From assembly GCA_050951325.1 (NCBI GenBank), contig JBMNIW010000008.1, positions 62,103 to 94,102 on the forward strand: a stretch of DNA of 32,000 nucleotides. Reading direction: 5' to 3'. Position 1 is the first letter of the stretch. Every line of letters begins with the position of its first letter. Shown in pieces: positions 9,425 through 20,833 of this stretch. The translations under genes and the position numbers were made by a program. The notes beneath the pieces were generated by a model. That model ran no database searches and had not been told where the DNA came from. It worked only from the letters and a program-made list of their open reading frames with translations. This DNA comes from Clostridia bacterium (lineage in GTDB: Bacteria > Bacillota > Clostridia > UBA1212 > DUPL01).

Positions 9425-10271
9425 ATTTAAGTGCCAAAAGTATCTCTCTCACCAGCTTGCATGCAAGAACTGTTGACCTTCCGCTTGCATCATAAGTAGG
9501 CGACAGCTCACAAACATCCGCTGCAACAATATTTAGTTTGCAAACTTTCATAACACCATCCATAAGCTCGCTAAATGAAATGCCTCCTGCTTCGGGTGTG
9601 CCTGTTCCCGGAAACTCCGACGGGTCAAGCACATCCAAATCTATGGAAAAATATACATTCTTGTCTTTCAACTTATCAACAACATCATAAAGTGTGCTTA
9701 AATCAAACTTGTTCATGAACACCTTGCCTGATGCAAACTCAAACTCCGCTTTTGCCCCGCTTCTAATACCGAACTGAAAGATTCTGTTTTCTCCTACCAG
9801 CTCGTAACACCTTCTCATAACAGTTGCATGTGAAAGTTTTTCTCCCATATACTCATCCCTCAAATCGCAGTGGGCATCAAAGTGGATTATATGCAAATCA
9901 GAATATATCTCTGTACAAGCCCTTACCTGGGCCAGGGTTACCAAATGCTCTCCACCAATAAGGAAGGGGAGTTTTTTGTCTCTTAAAATCTTAAGAGCGT
10001 ACTCTTTAGTCATATCCAAAACCTTTTGGGTATTACCAAAGGGTATTTCAAGATCTCCTCCGTCAAAGAAATTGAAATCTGTCAAATCCAAATTCTGATA
10101 TGGACTATACGTTTCAATCCCATAGCTTTCATTTCTTATAAAAGAAGGGGCAAATCTTGCCCCTGGTCTGTAAGATGTCGTTCCGTCGAACGGACACCCA
10201 TATATGCAAATATCGCTTTCCTTATACCCTTTGTCCGCACCAATGAAGGTGTGTATGTTCTTCTCTAACAT
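9417..10271 (-). CDS. speB: Agmatinase (ureohydrolase family)
   Basis: Arginase-fold Mn motifs HFDAHCDLR, SIDLDVLDP and GGEHLVT. It is the last gene of the polyamine operon. Confidence 0.85.
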   Translation of the reverse strand: MLEKNIHTFIGADKGYKESDICIYGCPFDGTTSYRPGARFAPSFIRNESYGIETYSPYQNLDLTDFNFFDGGDLEIPFGNTQKVLDMTKEYALKILRDKKLPFLIGGEHLVTLAQVRACTEIYSDLHIIHFDAHCDLRDEYMGEKLSHATVMRRCYELVGENRIFQFGIRSGAKAEFEFASGKVFMNKFDLSTLYDVVDKLKDKNVYFSIDLDVLDPSEFPGTGTPEAGGISFSELMDGVMKVCKLNIVAADVCELSPTYDASGRSTVLACKLVREILLALKSK

Positions 10272-11116
10272 TTTTCAAGCAACTCCTTTACATAAGTAGG
10301 AAGATAGAAGGCTCCTGCATGAAGCTCGGTGTTGTAATATCTGGTTTCAAGATTGAACCTCTTCCACTCCTCTGCCTTTAAATCCTCGATTGGATCCAAA
10401 GTGCGGGAAGCAAATCCAAAACACCAGTGACCCGAGGGATATGTGGGTATGTGAGCCTGGTAAACCTTGCTTATTGGAAATATGGATTTTATAAGTTTGT
10501 GAGACCTCTGCATTGCTGCTCTGTCACCTTCGTAATAAGGGCTTTCATGCTGGTTGACAAGAATTCCATCCTCTTTTAAAGCTTTGAAGCAGTTGCCGTA
10601 AAACTCTTTTGTAAACAAAGCCTCTCCCGGCCCGAAAGGATCTGTAGAGTCGACAATTATCAAGTCGTATTCATCAACCACTCTTCTTACATATTTAACT
10701 CCATCCTCAAAGTAGAGATTCACTCTCTTATCGTCAAAACAGCAGGCAGTCTGGGGAATGTGCTTTTTACAAACATCAACCACCATCTTGTCTATCTCCA
10801 CCATGTCTATCCTTTCGATATGTTCATATCTGGCAAGCTCCCTTACTGTTCCGCCATCACCTGCGCCAATAACCAGTACATCCTTTATTCTAGGATTAAC
10901 CGCCATTGCCACATGGGTTATCATTTCGTGATAAACAAACTCATCCCTTTCAGTCAGCATGAGCAGTCCGTCAAGTACAAGTATTCTCCCAAATTCATAA
11001 GTATCGAAAACTGCTATATCCTGAAACTCACTTTTCGCACTCTCAAGCTGCTGCTTTATCTTTATTGAAAATTTAGCATAGTCGGTGTGTTCTTCACTAA
11101 ACCAAAGTTCCATCAT
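10265..11116 (-). CDS. speE: Spermidine synthase
   Basis: 283 aa, with VLVIGAGDGGTVRE, IIVDSTDPFGPGEALF and the N-terminal MELWFSE...FDT pattern of SpeE. Its start overlaps the upstream stop (TAATG). Confidence 0.9.
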   Translation of the reverse strand: MMELWFSEEHTDYAKFSIKIKQQLESAKSEFQDIAVFDTYEFGRILVLDGLLMLTERDEFVYHEMITHVAMAVNPRIKDVLVIGAGDGGTVRELARYEHIERIDMVEIDKMVVDVCKKHIPQTACCFDDKRVNLYFEDGVKYVRRVVDEYDLIIVDSTDPFGPGEALFTKEFYGNCFKALKEDGILVNQHESPYYEGDRAAMQRSHKLIKSIFPISKVYQAHIPTYPSGHWCFGFASRTLDPIEDLKAEEWKRFNLETRYYNTELHAGAFYLPTYVKELLEKC

Positions 11117-12558
11117 TACCCCTCCACAACATTTATTGTTTGCAATGTCATATCCTGCGTTCCTGTCAAAAGCGCACCCTTTTCCCTGGCATAGGCAATA
11201 TACTCAAGAATTTCCTTTGTAATCAATTCACCTGGAGCCAGTATGGGTATTCCCGGCGGATAAGTCATAATAAATTCAGAGCAGATCCTGCCTACACTTT
11301 CCTCAATAGGCAACGTACGTTTCTCCGCATAGAATGCTTTTTGAGGTGTTATCTGTACATTTGGAACTATATAGTCGCAATCAAACACCTCTTCCGTATC
11401 TTTTGCATATACTCTCTTTATCTCAGACATAGCCGATATTAGTCGTTCTATATCCTGATACCTGTCCCCTGCAGATATAATTGCCAGAATGTTTCCCATG
11501 TCGCCAAATTCCAACTGTATGCCGTATTCGTCCCTTAGTATGTTGAGCACTTCAATACCTGCAAGTCCTATGTTTCTTGTGTGAACCGTCAGCTTTGTGT
11601 TGTCATAGGCATAAACAGTATCGCCATTAACAAGATCACTTGAAAAGGTATAGTATCCACCTATCTGATCTATTTCCTTTCTGGCATATTCTGCATACTC
11701 CACAGTTTTTGCTATCATTTCCCTGCCTCTCAAGGCAAGATTCCTTCTGGCTACGTCTAGAGACATCATAAGTAGATAAGAACCGCTTGTGGTTTGAGTC
11801 AGATTCAAAACCTGCCTTACATAATTTGCATCCACATCCGGCCCACACAACAAAAGCGAGCTTTGTGTCAAAGAGCCACCTGTTTTGTGCATGCTGACTG
11901 CAGCCATGTCAGCGCCTGCAGTCATTGCGGATACGGGCAGGTTATCGCCAAAGTAGAAATGGGTCCCGTGGGCCTCATCAACGAGTACTTTTACACCCTG
12001 TTCCTTTGCAATTTTCACAATCTCCCTCAGATTTGAGCAAATACCGTAATATGTGGGATTGTTCACAAATACCGCTTTTGCATCCGGGTGCTCATCCAGA
12101 GCTTTCTTAACATCTGCGACAGACATTCCTAAAGGAATTCCAAGCTTTGTACTTATACCTGGATTAATATAAATTGGTTTTGCACCAATTACCACCAGTG
12201 CATTTATTGCACTTCTGTGCACATTTCTTGGGATTATTATCTTGTCACCTGCCTTGCAGGTGGACATTATCATCGTCTGTACGGCAGACGAAGTTCCATT
12301 CACCATGAAAAACGCTTCTCTTGCAGAAAACGCCTCTGCGCACAGCTTTTGCGCCTCCTTTATAACTGAGGATGGGTGAATCAGGTTATCAAGAGGTTTT
12401 CTCGAGTTGTAATCCACTCTGAGACAATTCTCACCCAGAAACTCTGCCAGTTCTGGATTGCCACGTCCTCCCTTATGTCCGGGCACATCGAATGCAACTA
12501 CCCTTTCCACCTTGTGGCTCTTTACTGCTTCAAATAGTGGTGCTCTATTTTGATCCAT
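11116..12558 (-). CDS. speA: Orn/Lys/Arg decarboxylase family PLP enzyme, probably arginine decarboxylase
   Basis: 480 aa, with the PLP-lysine context SMHKTGGSLTQSS. The size and architecture resemble B. subtilis SpeA. Arginine specificity is inferred only from the agmatinase in the same operon. Confidence 0.75.
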   Translation of the reverse strand: MDQNRAPLFEAVKSHKVERVVAFDVPGHKGGRGNPELAEFLGENCLRVDYNSRKPLDNLIHPSSVIKEAQKLCAEAFSAREAFFMVNGTSSAVQTMIMSTCKAGDKIIIPRNVHRSAINALVVIGAKPIYINPGISTKLGIPLGMSVADVKKALDEHPDAKAVFVNNPTYYGICSNLREIVKIAKEQGVKVLVDEAHGTHFYFGDNLPVSAMTAGADMAAVSMHKTGGSLTQSSLLLCGPDVDANYVRQVLNLTQTTSGSYLLMMSLDVARRNLALRGREMIAKTVEYAEYARKEIDQIGGYYTFSSDLVNGDTVYAYDNTKLTVHTRNIGLAGIEVLNILRDEYGIQLEFGDMGNILAIISAGDRYQDIERLISAMSEIKRVYAKDTEEVFDCDYIVPNVQITPQKAFYAEKRTLPIEESVGRICSEFIMTYPPGIPILAPGELITKEILEYIAYAREKGALLTGTQDMTLQTINVVEG

Positions 12559-12577
12559 TGTTGCCTCTCTCCAAAGA

Positions 12578-13396
12578 TTATTTCTGGTATATATTCATAC
12601 CACTGAAAATTTCAATCATTTCTTTTCTCAATCTATCCGTTATTTCAAGTCTATGCTTTGGAGGCAATTCATATACATCCTGATTAAATAAATAATTCTG
12701 CAAATCTATTTCCTTAATTAGCATTTTAGTATGAAAAATATTTGCCTGATAAACATTTACATCAATGGCATCATACATATTCAAGGTTTCTTCGTCTATA
12801 TAATCCTGGATGGAATTAATATCATGATCGATATAATATTTTTTCCCTTCAAGATCTCTTGTAAAGCCGCGAACCCTGTAATCTATTGTAATTATGTCGG
12901 AGTCAAAGCTCTCTATTAAGTAGTTTAGGGCTTTTAGCGGAGAGACTCTTCCGCAGGTTGATACATCTATATCAACCCTGAAGGTGGATATTGCGTTGTC
13001 AGGATGGGCTTCAGGATATGTGTGCACTGTAACATGACTTTTGTCCAAATGCGCATGAATTGTTTCCTTATACCCACTTATTCCTTTTCCTAAATTGCAC
13101 GTTTCATCAACTTGCGATTCTGACAAGGCTCCTTCTGCAATCAATATGTTTACAGAAGCCCCTTGAGGCTCATAATCCTGTTTCGATATGTTGAGTATGT
13201 GCGCACCTATAAGTTCAGTAACTTTGCATAGTATCGATGTCAGCCTTTCAGAGTTATACTGTTCATCAATGTATGCGATGTAATCTCTTTGCTCCCTGTC
13301 CGTTTTTGCATAGCTTACATCATAAATATTGAAGCTAAGAGTCTTGGTCAGGTTATTGAACCCATACAATGCCAACTTTTTTGCCAACTCTAACAT
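12578..13396 (-). CDS. speD: S-adenosylmethionine decarboxylase proenzyme (long, E. coli SpeD type)
   Basis: Near-colinear with recalled E. coli SpeD ([58 protein letters not shown]). The ATG at 13396 (MLELAKK...) is preferred; the track start at 13408 is a TTG. Confidence 0.88.
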   Translation of the reverse strand: MLELAKKLALYGFNNLTKTLSFNIYDVSYAKTDREQRDYIAYIDEQYNSERLTSILCKVTELIGAHILNISKQDYEPQGASVNILIAEGALSESQVDETCNLGKGISGYKETIHAHLDKSHVTVHTYPEAHPDNAISTFRVDIDVSTCGRVSPLKALNYLIESFDSDIITIDYRVRGFTRDLEGKKYYIDHDINSIQDYIDEETLNMYDAIDVNVYQANIFHTKMLIKEIDLQNYLFNQDVYELPPKHRLEITDRLRKEMIEIFSGMNIYQK

Positions 13397-13588
13397 CACA
13401 CCTTTCAAATATAATGATACAGCTAGAATAATACCCTATTTCCGTTCAAAAAACAACAAATTAATTGTGTGATATTGTTACAGATATTAGCGTTTTTTGT
13501 GTTATAATATATCCTGAACAAGAAATAATATAATAAAGCAGTAACAGCTATATTAATTGTAGTCAATAAAATGTAAAGGAGGATAAAC

Positions 13589-13900
13589 ATGAGTGTAATA
13601 ACATTGACAAAGGATAATTTCGAAGATGAGGTGTTGAATTCAGATGTCCCGGTTTTGGTGGATTTCTGGGCAAGCTGGTGCGGTCCATGCAGAATGATTT
13701 CCCCTATCATCGAAGAAATTGCAGCAGAGGAAAATGGAATCAAGGTTGGCAAGGTTAATGTTGATGACGAGCCTGAACTTGCATCAACTTATAACATAAT
13801 GAGCATCCCTACAATCATGGTATTTAAAAACGGCGAGGTTGTAAATGTCGCAGTAGGTGCCAGGCCAAAATCTGCACTTCTCTCACTGGTAAAAAGCTAA
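13589..13900 (+). CDS. trxA: Thioredoxin
   Basis: 103 aa with the WCGPC active site (FWASWCGPCRM). AAAGGAGG lies 6 nt upstream of the ATG. A possible extended -10 (TGtTATAAT) lies at 13500..13508. Confidence 0.93.
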   Translation: MSVITLTKDNFEDEVLNSDVPVLVDFWASWCGPCRMISPIIEEIAAEENGIKVGKVNVDDEPELASTYNIMSIPTIMVFKNGEVVNVAVGARPKSALLSLVKS

Positions 13901-13904
13901 TATT

Positions 13905-14411
13905 ATGGAAAACAGCAAATTCGGGTTCGTTCGTCATCCTTACGAGCCCGTTTTTAATATTGATTCTAAAGTACTAATTTTAGGGACTGTTCCATCTGTT
14001 GCGTCCCGCAAATACGGCTTTTACTATACCCACCCTCAAAACAGGTTTTGGAAGGTTTTGTCTTCCATTTTAAACGAAGAATTTCCCGATACTATCGAAA
14101 AAAAGACTGACATGCTGTTGAAAAACCACATTGCTCTATGGGATGTGTTAAAAGAAACACAAATCAAAGGAAGTAGCGACAGCTCTATTAAAAATCCCAA
14201 ACCCAATGATATCAACCGGATTCTAAACAGCACTGACATCAAAGCAATTTTTACAACGGGCAAAAAAGCCTTTGAACTTTATAACAAATTATGTTATCCT
14301 AAAACGAAGTTCAAGGCGATTTGCCTTCCTTCCACCAGTCCTGCCAACTGTGTTTACACATTGGACAGGCTTATTGATGAATACTCAATCATACTAAAAT
14401 ATATACAGTAA
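13905..14411 (+). CDS. Uracil-DNA glycosylase superfamily protein (hypoxanthine/deoxyinosine-DNA glycosylase-like)
   Basis: 168 aa. The GTVPSVASRKYGFYYTHPQNRFWKVL motif is typical of the small UDG-family-6-like glycosylases, as recalled. Confidence 0.6.
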   Translation: MENSKFGFVRHPYEPVFNIDSKVLILGTVPSVASRKYGFYYTHPQNRFWKVLSSILNEEFPDTIEKKTDMLLKNHIALWDVLKETQIKGSSDSSIKNPKPNDINRILNSTDIKAIFTTGKKAFELYNKLCYPKTKFKAICLPSTSPANCVYTLDRLIDEYSIILKYIQ

Positions 14412-14420
14412 GGAATGAAT

Positions 14421-14984
14421 ATGAAAGATATTATTTTAGCCAGCAAAAGCCCGAGAAGAATTGAACTGTTTAAAAAACTAAATCTACCTTTTTCATGCAT
14501 TACGCCGGACATAGATGAAGCAATGGATTTATCCTGCGGCCTTGAAAATGCGGTTGCCAAGCTTGCTTTCAGAAAAGCTAATTCCATTATTGAGAAGCAT
14601 CATAACACCATTGTTATCGGCGCAGATACAATTGTAACACTGGAAAATTTCATCCTGGGAAAACCGAGAGACAAACAGGATGCCTTCAACATGCTCATGC
14701 AACTGTCAGGAAAAACACACAAGGTAATGACAGGGGTATGCATATTGACAGATAATAGGATGGAATCCTTCTGTGATACCTCCGAGGTCACTTTCTACCA
14801 CTTGACAGACAATGAGATTAAAAAATACATTGCAACAGGCGAACCCATGGACAAGGCAGGTGCGTACGGCATCCAGGGTCAGGGCGCCCTGCTTGTAAAA
14901 CACATTAACGGAGACTTTTACTCCATCATGGGTCTTCCAATTGCAAGAATAAACCAAATCCTGAAATCCTATACTATTGATTAA
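14421..14984 (+). CDS. maf: Maf-like nucleoside triphosphate pyrophosphatase
   Basis: ILASKSPRRIELF, GADTIV and KAGAYGIQG motifs. AAGGA lies upstream of the ATG at 14421, which is preferred over 14415. Confidence 0.88.
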   Translation: MKDIILASKSPRRIELFKKLNLPFSCITPDIDEAMDLSCGLENAVAKLAFRKANSIIEKHHNTIVIGADTIVTLENFILGKPRDKQDAFNMLMQLSGKTHKVMTGVCILTDNRMESFCDTSEVTFYHLTDNEIKKYIATGEPMDKAGAYGIQGQGALLVKHINGDFYSIMGLPIARINQILKSYTID

Positions 14985-16269
14985 ATGTTACTTTCTCCAC
15001 ATCATACATGGATGAAAGTACAATCCAATTTGCTGCATTGAAACTGTTTATAGTCCAGTAGCTCACACCACCAAGACCATACTCATCAACCAGCCTTAAT
15101 CTTGCCTGTATGCTTCTTGCATCGTCAAACCACACTTCATGTCTCCTGCCCTGCGAATCCGTGTAGTTAAAGAATGGAGCCATCGCAACCGGATCAAATT
15201 TTATCTCCGACCCTGTATTCATAGCCAGATTTGCCGCAGCAACATTTGACAAAGATCTTGCTGCAGTTCCTTCTACATAAGGCAACGTCCAATCATATCC
15301 ATAGTTTGGCATTCCCATCAAAATCTTCTCCGGTGGAATCACCGTTACGGCATAGTCAAGAACCCTTCTAACCTGATCAATTGGAGCAACAGCCATGGGC
15401 GCGCTGTAGGTATAACCCCATTCATATGTCATGAGAATAATATGATCCACATACTGACCATGGAATTCATAGTCGTGCGCCTCATATAACAGACCTGGTT
15501 GATCGCCACTTATCTTGGGCGCCAGAGCAGTAGAAACCGTATATCCCAAAGGATGTAATGTTTCTGTCATTCTTCTTAAGAAATTGTTGTAATCCTGCCT
15601 GTTCTCCGGATATATGTATTCAAAATCAATATCAAGACCGTAATATCCCGTACTAAGCTCATTTATGACATTTTGAACCAGATTATCCTGCACCGTCATA
15701 TCAGTCAATATTGTTCTTGCAAGGTCGCTGTCAAAACTTTCACCTTCGGCAATATTAGTAATTACCAACAATGGCCCAACTGACTGCCCCCTTGCTGCAG
15801 ATATCAAGGGTGTATCATTAATAGGAGCCAAACTTCCATCAGGTCGTACCTCGTGACTGAATATGCTGAGATACGTAAGATAAGGCAATGTATTATTCAG
15901 CGTAGTTGTATTTATATTTGTAAATGCATATCCGTTAACTTCTATTGTACCGAGCTTCTGCTGTCCAACCGGGATAATAATTATCTGTCCCGGCCTTATC
16001 TGCGCAGGATTATCAATATTCGGATTTGCATCCAAAATACTCTCAACAGAAACACCATACAATCTTGAAATTCGATACAATGACTGCCCTGGTGTTACTG
16101 TATGTCTGATATTCTCTGTTCTAATGACTAATGCCTGGCCTATCATTATCAAGCCAGGATTTTCAAGTTGGTTATCATCAATTATTCTCTGAACAGGAAC
16201 TCCATACCTTCTGGATATTGAAAAAACACTGTCTCCTCGCTGCACTACATGAATTATCATACACATCAT
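14974..16269 (-). CDS. Two-LysM + GH18 spore peptidoglycan hydrolase (YaaH/SleL-like)
   Basis: Two LysM repeats (HVVQRGDSVFSISRRYGV; HTVTPGQSLYRISRLYGV) precede a GH18 catalytic motif GLDIDFEY. At 431 aa it is similar in size to B. subtilis YaaH. The exact start is ambiguous among three nearby ATGs. Confidence 0.78.
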   Translation of the reverse strand: MMCMIIHVVQRGDSVFSISRRYGVPVQRIIDDNQLENPGLIMIGQALVIRTENIRHTVTPGQSLYRISRLYGVSVESILDANPNIDNPAQIRPGQIIIIPVGQQKLGTIEVNGYAFTNINTTTLNNTLPYLTYLSIFSHEVRPDGSLAPINDTPLISAARGQSVGPLLVITNIAEGESFDSDLARTILTDMTVQDNLVQNVINELSTGYYGLDIDFEYIYPENRQDYNNFLRRMTETLHPLGYTVSTALAPKISGDQPGLLYEAHDYEFHGQYVDHIILMTYEWGYTYSAPMAVAPIDQVRRVLDYAVTVIPPEKILMGMPNYGYDWTLPYVEGTAARSLSNVAAANLAMNTGSEIKFDPVAMAPFFNYTDSQGRRHEVWFDDARSIQARLRLVDEYGLGGVSYWTINSFNAANWIVLSSMYDVEKVTFNQ

Positions 16270-16371
16270 CTCTCCACCGTACTTACTTGTATTTTATGCA
16301 TCCCTTTTTATTTCTGTGAAATGCATATTCTTTTTAACGTCAGACAAAATATATCAAAGGAGTGATAGATT

Positions 16372-16524
16372 ATGAAAAGAAAATCAAAAGGACGCCCTAT
16401 TGAAAATCATAATAATGCATCTTGGGCCAACATTGAAAAAACAAAGAAAAACTCAGGTGTAACAATACCATCGGAAGAACAGGTTTTAAATGCAAAACAG
16501 TACGCTGATGATAATGAGAAATAG
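16372..16524 (+). CDS. Small 50-aa protein, absent from the ORF track (too short); possibly a DUF3787 / clostridial spore-surface-like protein
   Basis: AAGGAG lies 8 nt upstream of the ATG at 16372. Translation is MKRKSKGRPIENHNNASWANIEKTKKNSGVTIPSEEQVLNAKQYADDNEK*. A perfect terminator hairpin follows immediately. The family call is from memory only. Confidence 0.55.
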   Translation: MKRKSKGRPIENHNNASWANIEKTKKNSGVTIPSEEQVLNAKQYADDNEK

Positions 16525-16560
16525 AAATAGAGCTGTCACAAAAACGTGACAGCTCTATTT
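16525..16560. terminator. Bidirectional intrinsic terminator (15-bp perfect stem)
   Basis: AAATAGAGCTGTCAC-aaaaac-GTGACAGCTCTATTT lies between the convergent small ORF (+) and nifJ (-). A/T tracts flank it on both sides. Confidence 0.8.
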
Positions 16561-16563
16561 TAC

Positions 16564-20092
<3,529 letters not shown>

Positions 20093-20240
20093 CTATTCTG
20101 AACTTGATTGAAAAAAATATACATAAAACGCCTTAGAGGCTTACATGCAACCTCAAAATTGACAGCACTCTTGGCCCAAACTAGCGTAATGCACCGTATG
20201 TGGTTGAACGTTTCTTGTTTGGCGGGAGACACAATTTGTC

Positions 20241-20813
20241 ATGATTAAGAATTTCAGAATTGTAAAAGCTACCACACCTTTATCGCTGGAATCGGAAATG
20301 GTTCATTGGCTGACCCACAGCCACACTGAATACGAGTTGAACCTTTACATCAACGTCAAGGCTACTATTTTCATTAATGAAACAGGCTATTTCATAAATG
20401 ACAACGATATTTTGTTTATTCCAGCCAATGTAGAACACAGTATTTACCTTTCAAACAAACCAAAGAACACCCAGTACTCAAGAATTGTAATCAATTTCAA
20501 CAACAACTTTCATCAGAGTGGATGTCACAGGTATTGCCGATATGGAGCTATATTGATACGCTGCGCGAAGCAATCATCCTACAAGATATCCCTTAAGTTC
20601 GAAGACTATCTTCACGTATCCGATTTGTTTAACAAAATACTCGAAAACTACCAGCTGCAAAACGGTTCTGATAGTGGTAATTCATTTATATTATCTCGTT
20701 AAAATATCTGGCAAACAGCAAGAATCACGTGAATCACTGACAGTAAAGTCTATGAAATTAGTAGATACTTGGATGAAAACTACAAGGAAGACATTACATT
20801 AACAGTGGTTTAA
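20241..20813 (+). pseudogene. AraC-family regulator remnant (cupin domain, in-frame stops, HTH domain missing)
   Basis: An N-terminal cupin-like domain (HSHTEYELNLYI...IPANVEHSI) is present. The same frame continues through TAA (20700) and TGA (20730) into KVYEISRYLDENYKEDITLTVV, the typical start of an AraC HTH domain. It then stops at 20811, 20 nt before the terminal CRISPR repeat. Confidence 0.7.
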
Positions 20814-20833
20814 CGATAGTATCACATCCTTTG

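Noticed and set aside
16270-16330. Possible sporulation-sigma (sigma-K/E-like AC-N17-CATAAAATA) promoter upstream of the LysM-GH18 gene
   Set aside because: The motif is short and degenerate in AT-rich DNA. It cannot be supported without a PWM scan or expression data.
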